Below, piece by piece: positions 29,416 to 38,483 of a stretch of DNA of 64,000 nt; position 1 is the stretch's first letter, and every line of letters starts with the position of its first letter. The stretch is from Armatimonadota bacterium (GTDB lineage Bacteria > Armatimonadota > UBA5829 > DSUL01). The notes beneath the pieces are model-generated. The model was not told where the DNA came from and searched no databases. It saw nothing but the letters and a program-made list of their open reading frames with translations. Location of the stretch: contig JBDHZC010000002.1 in NCBI GenBank assembly GCA_039811685.1, forward strand, positions 480,001-544,000, read 5' to 3'. A program made the translations under genes and the position numbers.

Positions 29416-29527
29416 AGAGTCCGGTTAGCCTGAAAACCTGTCAGCCAGCAAGCGCATTAGCGGCGCTTTACACGCTGGAAGCGTCTGCGGGTGAGTGTCT
29501 CTGGTCTTAGCAAGCCGGAGCAAGCGC

Positions 29528-30175
29528 TCAGGGAGTGTTCAGCGCCTTGACCACCTCGTCCGTGATGTCCACACCACCGTAGAGCACGGCGATTTTGTCC
29601 ACAACTGTCGCTATCCCCTTGGCCTGCGCCACCTTGGCAATCGCCTTCTTCATGTCCTCAGTGATTTTGTTGGACAACTCGTCTTTGCGCTTGTCCACCT
29701 GATTGGAGTAGTCTTCCGCGAGTGAGCGCAGAGCCGCGTCATTCTTGTTGCTCAGATCGCGCAGCTCCCGCAGCCTCGCCGTCTGCTGCTCCGTCGGAGA
29801 AGTTGTGTTGCTGATCGCGCTGATCTCTTCATCACGCTTCTTCTGCTCTTTCTCGAGCGCGTCAATGCGCGCCTGATCCGCATCAGTCAGCTTGTCCTTC
29901 TTCTTCAACGTAATCAACTCGCCAAGCTCCGCGTCGTTCAGCAGCTTGTTCTTCGAGCGCACATCCAGCTCTGTGCGAAAACCCGCGACCAGCCCATCTA
30001 CCTCAGTGTTAGATTTTTGGGTTTCCTTGTATTCATCAAACGCCTTCTTGACGTCCACAACGCCAATGGTCGGCTGCGGCGCTGTCTGTGCCAGGACGAC
30101 GGCCCCGGGCGCCATCGAGACGGCAAACACGCCCGCAAGCGCCGAAAGAGTGAGATATTTTCTGATCCTGTTCAA
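29528..30175 (-). CDS. skp: OmpH/Skp periplasmic chaperone
   Basis: IGVVDVKKAF N-terminus and AIAKVA..KGI..VVDK.AVLYGGVDITDEVVKALN C-terminus. TTG start follows GGAG. Confidence 0.9.
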   Translation of the reverse strand: MNRIRKYLTLSALAGVFAVSMAPGAVVLAQTAPQPTIGVVDVKKAFDEYKETQKSNTEVDGLVAGFRTELDVRSKNKLLNDAELGELITLKKKDKLTDADQARIDALEKEQKKRDEEISAISNTTSPTEQQTARLRELRDLSNKNDAALRSLAEDYSNQVDKRKDELSNKITEDMKKAIAKVAQAKGIATVVDKIAVLYGGVDITDEVVKALNTP

Positions 30176-30253
30176 ATGATGTCTCCAAGTAGCGTTTCGG
30201 GAGACAGTCAAACCGACTCCCACAATATCCACCACACGATCAGCCCGGCTTGC

Positions 30254-32071
30254 TTAGAAAGCCTGGCCTATGCTGAAATGCGTCCTCGAACCCTCATCTC
30301 CAAAACCGTAGTCAAAACGCAGGTTTCCAATAGGAGTGGACACGCGAACACCGGCGCCCACGCCCAGGTGCCCCTGAAATCCGTTGCTCTGGGTGAACTC
30401 ATTCGTGTTGGTAATCGCGTTCTGATAGTTGCCGCCCCAGGCATCGCCATAATCGGCGAACAATACCCCCGAGAGCCCACCGCTCAACGGTACACGGTAT
30501 TCGACACTCGTTAACAACATTTTGTCTCCCCAGAACCTGTCTTCCCTGTAGCCGCGCAGCCTCTCCGCGCCACCCACAAAGAACTGCTCCGCAAAAGGCA
30601 CCGCGCCGTTGGTGATGCCAAGCTGCAACCGGACCGCGAACGTGCGCCTCTTGTCCTTGATCGTCTGCTTCGCGCCGCCCGCGCTGAAGTATCTGCGCAG
30701 ATCCGCATCAATCTTTGTAAAGCCACCGCTGCGCTTTGTATGGGTCTTGCGGTTGTCGATGTCGGCGATCCCCGGTTCCAGAGTCAGCGTGTAGTAGCTT
30801 CCAGCAGCCGGATCCAGCGCGAAATCCCGTGAGTCTATCGCTCCTTTCAAAGCCACACTCGTCAGGCGATAGTCTTCGTTAATGTTGAAGATTGGCAGTG
30901 TGAGGTCGGCCCCCGGCTTGACATAGGTATTTACGGACTCCGTGCGAAGCGTCGCAAACCCGCGCACTTTCTGTCCAAAAGGCTTTGACAAACCTGCGGA
31001 AGCGCCCTTGCGCCGCTCCCGGTAGTCAGCCTCGTTTCCGAGATAGCTCCCTGACCCGACGAAACTGGAGGAGAAGCGGTATATCTCCTTGTTGAAGTAC
31101 CGCAGCGAGAGACTGGTGCCATCCTGGCGGAGGAAGGGATTGTAGAAGCCCATCTCATAGCTCGGCCCGGTCCCTGTTCCGCTCACTTCATACAGCGCAT
31201 TCAGCCCCAGTCCCTTCCCCTGGAAGTTGGTCTCTGACAGCTCAACTCGCCCGACCACTTTCTGAAGCGAACTGTAACCAAGCCCCACGCTCACCTGTCC
31301 GGTTTTCTTCTCCTTGACAGGGATAGTGATGTCAACCGTGCCCTCGTTCTCACCCATCTTGATGACAGGCTTCTGGAACTCCTGAGTGTCCAGCATGTCG
31401 GATTCGTAAACGCGCGTGATATCTTTGTTGAGAAGTTGCGCGTTGTAAATGTCTCCGGGTTTGGTCTTCATCAGGCGCTTAAGGACCCAGGGCTTGGTCT
31501 TTTTCAGACCCTCAAAGTTGATAGAAGACACCCTGAACTCCAGAATAGGCAGGGTAAGCACGCCTGTCTCCGGATTCATCTCGGCGGCATCGGTGATGTA
31601 GGCCACTGCACCCTTCTTGGCGTAGAGGTCTTCCACAGATCTGGCGTCCTGGTCAAAGGTGTTGAAGTTGTAGACTTCTCCTTCTTTCAGGCGCATCGCC
31701 TCGAGCAGCTCCTGGCGAGTGACAACCGTGTTTCCGGAAAACTCAATCTTGGTGATTTTCGGGTTCTCAACCACCTCGAAGATGACCTTAGCTCCGCCAG
31801 GTGCGTCCTCTTCCCGCGCAGAAACCGCTGAAAAATAGCCCAGTTTCTCGATGGCCGCCCGGTCAGCCTGCATCTTCGCCTGGTCAAAGGGCGTGCCCGG
31901 CTTCTCCTGCACTACGCTCATGATCGCTTCGCGCCCGATATTCTTGTTGCCGATGATCTCAATTTCCGTGATGACCTTCGACTCCTGAGCGCAGAGACCG
32001 GCAGGAAGATTGCTCAGAACAAGCGCAACAATCAGCACGCGGGCTATAGCGGCGCGCAGAGAACGGGCCAT
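30254..32071 (-). CDS. bamA: Omp85/BamA outer-membrane assembly factor (about 3 POTRA domains)
   Basis: POTRA repeats (IEIIGNK, IEFSGNT, INFEGLKKT), GGAERLRGY, GVRVSTPIGNLRFDYG and a terminal Phe (SIGQAF). Confidence 0.93.
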   Translation of the reverse strand: MARSLRAAIARVLIVALVLSNLPAGLCAQESKVITEIEIIGNKNIGREAIMSVVQEKPGTPFDQAKMQADRAAIEKLGYFSAVSAREEDAPGGAKVIFEVVENPKITKIEFSGNTVVTRQELLEAMRLKEGEVYNFNTFDQDARSVEDLYAKKGAVAYITDAAEMNPETGVLTLPILEFRVSSINFEGLKKTKPWVLKRLMKTKPGDIYNAQLLNKDITRVYESDMLDTQEFQKPVIKMGENEGTVDITIPVKEKKTGQVSVGLGYSSLQKVVGRVELSETNFQGKGLGLNALYEVSGTGTGPSYEMGFYNPFLRQDGTSLSLRYFNKEIYRFSSSFVGSGSYLGNEADYRERRKGASAGLSKPFGQKVRGFATLRTESVNTYVKPGADLTLPIFNINEDYRLTSVALKGAIDSRDFALDPAAGSYYTLTLEPGIADIDNRKTHTKRSGGFTKIDADLRRYFSAGGAKQTIKDKRRTFAVRLQLGITNGAVPFAEQFFVGGAERLRGYREDRFWGDKMLLTSVEYRVPLSGGLSGVLFADYGDAWGGNYQNAITNTNEFTQSNGFQGHLGVGAGVRVSTPIGNLRFDYGFGDEGSRTHFSIGQAF

Positions 32072-32194
32072 ACGCCATCTTCTGTGTCCGCTGACAGGCC
32101 ACAGGCTGAAACCGGCGGCGGACTTCACAGGCGAAAGCGCCTCATGCAACTGTCGTATCACTCGAATAGCAAAACCTTTCTTCTTTTCTCCTGG

Positions 32195-32719
32195 TCAGAC
32201 CACTCCGTCCAGCTTGCGCCGCAGAATTGCCCTTGCCCGCGCCAGACGAGTTTTCACAAGCTCCACACTGATCCCGGCAGCCTCGGCGATCTCTTGGTAC
32301 GTCAGACCCTGCAGATCCCGCAAGACGCTGACGACCCGGTAATCTCCAGGCAGGGAATCTATGGCTCGACGGATTCTCTCAGAAAGTTGAGCACTTTGTA
32401 AAGCCGCTTCCGGCGTGGGCTCTGACGATTCCAGAGTCTCCACTTCAACAGGCTCATCACTCCAGTGCTCGCGGTCTCTGGCGCGATTGCGGCACAGATT
32501 GATCGCTATCTGACACAGCCACGTATAAGGCGCCGAGCGCCCTTCAAAGCCGTCCCAGCTTCTGAACGCGCGCACGAATGTCTCCTGTGTGACGTCCCAG
32601 GCGTCGTCAGGGTTACGGACGAGACGCAGAGCAAGATTATAAACCTTGCGGTCGTATTGCGCGACTAGCTCTTCAAAGCTCTCTGTTGAGCCGCGGGACA
32701 AATCTGTGCGCTTGTCCAC
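32195..32719 (-). CDS. ECF sigma factor (RpoE-like)
   Basis: DAWDVTQETFVRA, YTWLCQIAINLC and GLTYQEIAE....VKTRLARAR motifs. TTG 32752 is an alternative start. Confidence 0.93.
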   Translation of the reverse strand: MDKRTDLSRGSTESFEELVAQYDRKVYNLALRLVRNPDDAWDVTQETFVRAFRSWDGFEGRSAPYTWLCQIAINLCRNRARDREHWSDEPVEVETLESSEPTPEAALQSAQLSERIRRAIDSLPGDYRVVSVLRDLQGLTYQEIAEAAGISVELVKTRLARARAILRRKLDGVV

Positions 32720-32911
32720 GGTCTTTTCCCCATCGTCTTCAACTTGCTGCAAGATGTCGTCCGTTGTCCGGATGCCTTTTTGCCAGAGCGTTCAGTCTCG
32801 CGGCCTCCGGGCTGTAGCCCGCCCTCGCGGCGACTGTGCCGTTGGGATGATGGTTAAACTACAGTGTGCGTGCATGCAAACAGCGCTTCATCGCTGCGCA
32901 CAAGCCACCTC

Positions 32912-35900
32912 CTAAAAACCCAGAGAGCCTTCAATTCCAATGGAGGTCATATCGAAGCGGTTGCGCCCGTACGTCAGGCGCAGCCGATCCGTCACGTCAT
33001 AGAGCAGCTTCCACTCCTCCTGCTCCTGCGCCGCTTCCAGTGACCGCCAGTACTGGATGCTCACCCCGTCAAACAACTTCCGCCGGAGCATGACGTTCAT
33101 TGGCTCGTACTGGCCAAACCCGAACGTCACCTCCTGAAAACCAAGCGCTTCAGCGATAGCGGACTCAACCGGTTCCAGCACACCAGGCGCTATATTCGCT
33201 GTGAACAGCCTCGCAACCTCTTTCTCAAAGCCGCCCTGAGAGTCGAATCCGCTCGGGCCGACCCCCGCGCGCTCCCCCAGAAGCGCAAAAATCCTGTTGG
33301 TCTCCAGCCCGGGAGGATAGCTCTGGAAAGTCACTTTGGGGTCTTCAGGAGACCCGCTGGCGTGCATCTCCACACGGTAAGAGGTTCCGCTGAAGGCTGT
33401 GGAAGCCAGACCTGAGGATATCTGGGTCTCTGCACGGATATCCATAGTCACCCGCGCCCCTTCCGGAGCATCGTAGTGATAACTGAGCTTTCCGACCGGC
33501 ACCACGCGAAAACGCGTCCCTGGAAACAGCAGATACCCGCTGAGCACGTCCAGATTGCCCGTCACCAGCGGATCCTGCAACGTCTGCGCGACTCGAAGCT
33601 GTCCGCGCACGTCCACATTCATGCGCGGCCCCCTGGCTTTCATACGGTCTCCCGCCACAAGCGACAGGTCAAATGTCGGATTGAAGGCAAATCTGAGGGC
33701 CTGCTCTGGTTTCTCAGGCAGCGTGGGCATCCCGACAACGCCATTTTGCAGGGTGATGCGACCGGCAATCAGAGGATGCATCGGAGATCCGGACGCCTGG
33801 AGGTTCATATTGAGCTTGCCGTTGTAGGACTCATCGAAGCTGCGAGTGACGTTTCTCAGCTTCAAACCCATGTTCTCAGCCTGCGCAGAGGCGTTCAGTG
33901 CCCATCCCTTGTCTGTTGAGCGCGCCCCGCCCGTCACACTCAATACTCCGCCATCCGAAGAGCGCATCGTGAAGCGCTCGATATTCACCTGATCTCCCTG
34001 CAGAAGAATGTTGACGTTCACGTCGCCAAAGACTGTGGCCATATTCTTGACTGCAAGCGTGCCGCCGTCCACACTAATCAAACCGTTGAGTTGTGGTGAA
34101 GGCCACTTGCCCGTCACATCTACGCGGGCCACCATGTCGCCGCTGGTGCGCTCGGTGTCTATGCGGCTGGTTATGAGGCTCAGCGTCTTCAGTGTCGGGT
34201 TCACGGCCTGCGCGTGTATGTCGAACTCACCGCCTTCGACAAACGACAACGTAGACAGACTGAACGGAGCCGTGCCTTCAATCCGGATACGCTGATCCGA
34301 GCTGACCAGCGTGCTCTCAGCGACATTGATGGAGTGGGCGTCCGCGATGATCTGACCAGTCGTGAAGCGTTCGATCGGCAGGCCGGCAATGTTTGCGCCA
34401 CTCACCGTCAGCGATCCGACCGCCTTCGGATCGGAGAGAGTGCCACTTGCCTCAAAGCTGAAGTCCGCCGTTCCCGCTGCATCCGACACTCCCTTGATGA
34501 CCGGGATACGGCTCAACTCTACGTTGTGACCTTCCACATCCGCCGTCAGCTCACCGCTTCGCGCCAGAGAACCTGAGGCGGTAATCAGCATATCGTGGTC
34601 TTCAATCTGCAGACTGTGCACGGTGGTCCCCATTGGGCCAGTGGACGCCTTCACATTCACCTGTCCGAGCGGTGTGCCCCACGCCTGCAGCGCATTGATG
34701 TTCCAATCCGCCACGACCAGCGTGCCGCCTGTCTGGCGCGTCACGGAAACTGTGCCGGCAAGCGATCCCTGCACACGCTCCGGCGCCTGCAGCGCCAGAT
34801 CGCGCACTCTTGAATCGCTCAGATCAGCCAGGACTCCCAGCCCGCGTACCATCGCCAGCAGCCGAACGAGATCGACCCGGCCCGTGTCAGTCTCGCTCTG
34901 TCCAATTCGCAGCCTCGCTGAGAGTACCCCGGCTGTGTCCGGGTCTGTGCTGATCTTCACGTCCTCCACACTCATCCGGCCCCCGGCGACGGACAGGACC
35001 GCTGCGTCCACCTCAAGCAGGTTGTCCCGCCACACTATCTCACTGCGAGATACGCCGAGTTGCTCACCACCCGCGCCGAGATCGGACCCGGTAAGGCTTG
35101 CCGACACAACGGGACCCGCGCTATCGCCACCCACATGACCAAACACATCCACAGTACCGGAGACCGGCATCTGCCGGTTCATAGCCAGAAAAGCCACGTC
35201 ACCAAGCGGCATGCCCTCCAGACGAAAGTCGAAGTCCAGAGACTTGTCACGCCCAACGGTTCCCGTAGCAATCAGGGTCGCCTGGCCGCGCGTAGCCTGC
35301 AGGTTATCCAGGGTTAGCGTACCGCGGTCGAAGCTGCCGCGTGCGTTGACGTAGGAGGCCGAGTAAGTCCTGTAGCGTGCGCCCTCGATAGTAAAGTCAA
35401 AATCAGCCCGCAGAGATCTCAGAGGACCGCTGACATTTTTGAGCTCGCCGGATACCTGCCCCTGCATATCCGCAAACGCCGGAGCCACTGTCGCAAAATC
35501 CTGTGCGCTCAAAGAAGCAATACTGGCAGTAAGCTGGAGTCTGGGTTGGGCGGACAGTGGCTCTATCACATCGCCAACTATCGTGAACTCACTTTGCTTG
35601 CCCGTAACTGTCAGTCCCGGCGTGCTGATGCGATGGCGCGAGGCTGTCAGGTCTCCGCTGATTGAATCCAGGGCATGCCCCTGATAGACGGCATCCAGAA
35701 TCTGCACTCGCCCCTCAAAGCTCGGACTCGACAAAGAGCCGAGGACGCGCCCGTCAGCGCTCAACCATCCCGATACGCCGTCTGTCTGCGATGCGCCGAG
35801 AATATCGCGAGCGCTCAAGCCCACAGCCGTCACGTTGAGATTGACCGGCCCGTTGAGCGCCACTTCACCAGATGCCGTCACAAACCCGCGAGGCGTGGAC

Positions 35901-37447
35901 ACAAGCAGCGACTCTACACTGATCTTCCGGCCTGCCAGATGAGCCCTGCCAACTGCGGAGGTGGCGTGGCGGCCATAGACGACCGGGTTCTGGACGTGAA
36001 AGCTGACAGCGCCGCCCGGACGTCCGTCCGCCAGAGTCACCACCGCGTTGCCGGACGCCCTGCCTTTGAGATGAGTGTCAAGCTGCGCCAGTGAGACGTT
36101 GTCAAAACGAGCCTGCCCCTGCAGACGGGGGCGGCCCATGAGAACCTGTGCTGTCCCTGACCCGGACACAGTCCCACCACCGATCTTCGCTGAAAACGAT
36201 GGTAAGCTCAGTTTTCCCTCAGCAAATGTAAACGAAGCTCGAGTATCACTGAAAGAACGGCCGGAGTACGATAGGTGCGGAATTTGCGCCTGCCCGCTGA
36301 GCATCAGAGCGGACAACGGTCCCCTGGCGCGAACGGCGAGTGGACCCCTTCCGCCCACTCGCACGTCTCCGGTCGCCGCAGCGGCTGGCGCCAGTGATTT
36401 CAGGCGGCTGTAGTCGGCTTGAGAGGTGACCAGGTCAATCCAGACCGTCGGCTTTGCCAGTGAGAGTACGGCGCCCTTCACGCGCCACTGTGTCCCCGCC
36501 GCGCGAGCAGAGCCGTCAACTCTCAGATAGTCAGCGCCCGCAAGAGCTACCGAGGCATTCACACTTTCCAGCCGCGGTAGATGGCCTGGAAGCTGAACGG
36601 CAGCCTCACGCATCTGCCCTTCCACCCACACGTGCGTGGTTGGTTTCGGCTTTGTGCGCCTCGTGAGAAGCAACCGGCCGCTGAGAGTTCCGCTGTACAG
36701 ATGCAGGTCTGGCGATGCGCCAAGAAACGGGTCGAGGAAAGGCAGCGACACCCGCTGGCCCTGGACGTCTACTACCAGGCCGCCTTTGTAGCCGAACGCC
36801 CCTTCTACCTCAACTTTTTCCGAAGCGTTTGTCCGGGAGACGGTTCCGGAAAACTCACCGCCGTCAGGAGCCTGCAAGCTTATACGAGCACTCACGCCGC
36901 TGGAGAGCAGATGGAGCGGTGCTTTCGTCTTTGAGGTCAGCGCATGGTCAACGTAGCGCACCTGCCCATCGGAGACAGTAATGACGCCGTGAAAACGCTT
37001 CTTCACCCGTCCTTTCGGGCGAAACGCCTCCTGGTAGTTCAGTCTGCCACTCCTGTCGCGCTCCAGATAGACGACCGGACCGACAATGTTAACTGAACTG
37101 ACGGTAGAAGCGGGAGCGTCGAGATTGCGCAGCATGTCCACGAGGCTGTAGCGCGCTGAGGCCCGCCGTGCCGTGAGCAGTGTGCCAAAGCTCTGCTTGC
37201 TGATGCGCAGTCCACGCACTTCGATCTGCCACGGGGAAGCGCTGGCGACACTGTCAACCGTTACCTGTGCGTCAAGAGCCGCAGAGACCTCCACCGCAAT
37301 GGCCTGCCAGAGCAGTCCGCGCGAGCGATCGAACTCGCGATGGGCGATCAGAACGCACAGCGCCAAAAATAGGATGGGAGGAATCACCGCCACCAGACGG
37401 GAGACCGTCCAGAGGCCGCGGTTGAAAAATGCTCTCACGGTGTACAC
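32912..37447 (-). CDS. tamB: TamB/AsmA-like protein with C-terminal DUF490
   Basis: N-terminal TM anchor, about 1500 aa of beta-taco repeats and a DUF490-like tail (PLVTGNL, SYPPGL, LLYDVTDRL). The start is probably GTG 37447 or 37438 given the promoter position. Confidence 0.88.
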   Translation of the reverse strand: MYTVRAFFNRGLWTVSRLVAVIPPILFLALCVLIAHREFDRSRGLLWQAIAVEVSAALDAQVTVDSVASASPWQIEVRGLRISKQSFGTLLTARRASARYSLVDMLRNLDAPASTVSSVNIVGPVVYLERDRSGRLNYQEAFRPKGRVKKRFHGVITVSDGQVRYVDHALTSKTKAPLHLLSSGVSARISLQAPDGGEFSGTVSRTNASEKVEVEGAFGYKGGLVVDVQGQRVSLPFLDPFLGASPDLHLYSGTLSGRLLLTRRTKPKPTTHVWVEGQMREAAVQLPGHLPRLESVNASVALAGADYLRVDGSARAAGTQWRVKGAVLSLAKPTVWIDLVTSQADYSRLKSLAPAAAATGDVRVGGRGPLAVRARGPLSALMLSGQAQIPHLSYSGRSFSDTRASFTFAEGKLSLPSFSAKIGGGTVSGSGTAQVLMGRPRLQGQARFDNVSLAQLDTHLKGRASGNAVVTLADGRPGGAVSFHVQNPVVYGRHATSAVGRAHLAGRKISVESLLVSTPRGFVTASGEVALNGPVNLNVTAVGLSARDILGASQTDGVSGWLSADGRVLGSLSSPSFEGRVQILDAVYQGHALDSISGDLTASRHRISTPGLTVTGKQSEFTIVGDVIEPLSAQPRLQLTASIASLSAQDFATVAPAFADMQGQVSGELKNVSGPLRSLRADFDFTIEGARYRTYSASYVNARGSFDRGTLTLDNLQATRGQATLIATGTVGRDKSLDFDFRLEGMPLGDVAFLAMNRQMPVSGTVDVFGHVGGDSAGPVVSASLTGSDLGAGGEQLGVSRSEIVWRDNLLEVDAAVLSVAGGRMSVEDVKISTDPDTAGVLSARLRIGQSETDTGRVDLVRLLAMVRGLGVLADLSDSRVRDLALQAPERVQGSLAGTVSVTRQTGGTLVVADWNINALQAWGTPLGQVNVKASTGPMGTTVHSLQIEDHDMLITASGSLARSGELTADVEGHNVELSRIPVIKGVSDAAGTADFSFEASGTLSDPKAVGSLTVSGANIAGLPIERFTTGQIIADAHSINVAESTLVSSDQRIRIEGTAPFSLSTLSFVEGGEFDIHAQAVNPTLKTLSLITSRIDTERTSGDMVARVDVTGKWPSPQLNGLISVDGGTLAVKNMATVFGDVNVNILLQGDQVNIERFTMRSSDGGVLSVTGGARSTDKGWALNASAQAENMGLKLRNVTRSFDESYNGKLNMNLQASGSPMHPLIAGRITLQNGVVGMPTLPEKPEQALRFAFNPTFDLSLVAGDRMKARGPRMNVDVRGQLRVAQTLQDPLVTGNLDVLSGYLLFPGTRFRVVPVGKLSYHYDAPEGARVTMDIRAETQISSGLASTAFSGTSYRVEMHASGSPEDPKVTFQSYPPGLETNRIFALLGERAGVGPSGFDSQGGFEKEVARLFTANIAPGVLEPVESAIAEALGFQEVTFGFGQYEPMNVMLRRKLFDGVSIQYWRSLEAAQEQEEWKLLYDVTDRLRLTYGRNRFDMTSIGIEGSLGF

Positions 37448-37491
37448 CAGCCGCGGCTGCCTGCCAAGCCTGTAGGCCGCGAATACCAAGC

Positions 37492-37521
37492 AGTATATAC
37501 GTAAGCTCTTTGACGGTCAAA
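37492..37521 (-). promoter_or_regulatory. Sigma70 promoter of the tamB-bamA-lpx operon with a palindrome over the -35
   Basis: On the minus strand TTGACC-N17-TATACT. TTTGAC-G-GTCAAA palindrome at 37509-37521. Confidence 0.7.
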
Positions 37522-37552
37522 CAGATTGTGAAGTTACACAGTGAGAGGTGTC

Positions 37553-38293
37553 TCAGGAGAGCTCAACAGTGCGCGCCAGAGCCAGCATACGCACTGAAGA
37601 CGCTTCGAGAGCTTTCAGTTTGGCCGCAAGCGCATCCGCCGTCGCCCCAGTGGTGACGACGTCATCTACAAGCAGAATCCGCATACCTCGGATATCAGGA
37701 GGGTTTCTCCGAGCGCCGTAAATTCTGTGGGCGTTTTCCAGACGCTGTTGCCTGGACAAACCCATCTGCCCCGGCCCTCTCAGACGCCTGAGAGGCTGTA
37801 AAAGGGGCAGTTCCAGAAAGCGCGCGACGCGCAGCGCCAGCTCGTGTGAGTGATGAAACCCCAGCTCCCAGCCACGCGCCCGGGAGCCCGGCACAGCCAC
37901 TACCGCATCGAACTCTCTCCACTTCGCCGACGAGCCCTCCAGCCACGCGGTCAGCATCTCGCCCAGCGGGTCAGCCAGACACTTCATCCCATCGTACTTA
38001 TAGCGGTGGATGGCGCGTCTGAGAGCGCCTTCGAAAATCGCAGTCTGGCGCAGGGAGTCGCACGGACGCGCGCTGGCCCACGGCGCTTCTCCGCAGTCCG
38101 GACAGCGGCGCGATGCTTCCGGACGCCCGCATCGAGCGCAAATCTCTCCGGCCATAGGCGTCCTGCTGGAAGCGCATCTCTCGCACAGGAAAGCTCCCCT
38201 GGCGGAAGAACAGACGCAGCACACCGGAGGCCACAGCAGATCACACACGCCTGCCGCAGCTTCACGCAGGGTGTCAACGACAGACACACTCAC
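37553..38293 (-). CDS. comF: ComF family protein (double zinc ribbon + PRTase)
   Basis: Four CxxC pairs, AIHRYKY and LLVDDVVTTGAT motifs. Confidence 0.92.
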   Translation of the reverse strand: MSVSVVDTLREAAAGVCDLLWPPVCCVCSSARGAFLCERCASSRTPMAGEICARCGRPEASRRCPDCGEAPWASARPCDSLRQTAIFEGALRRAIHRYKYDGMKCLADPLGEMLTAWLEGSSAKWREFDAVVAVPGSRARGWELGFHHSHELALRVARFLELPLLQPLRRLRGPGQMGLSRQQRLENAHRIYGARRNPPDIRGMRILLVDDVVTTGATADALAAKLKALEASSVRMLALARTVELS

Positions 38294-38483
38294 GAGTCTA
38301 TCCGCTCAGCCGCCGCTGCGCCGGTGGCGAGGGTGATACCGCGCAAGGCGCGCACTTTACCCGTCCCTTCTGCGGACGGATCCGGCATTGAAAATTGGCG
38401 CAAACAGGCTACGGGCAGCCACAGACTCCTGTCCTCCCTCACGCAGATTTGGACAGCGCGTGGAGACTCACCTCCGCGAAGCG

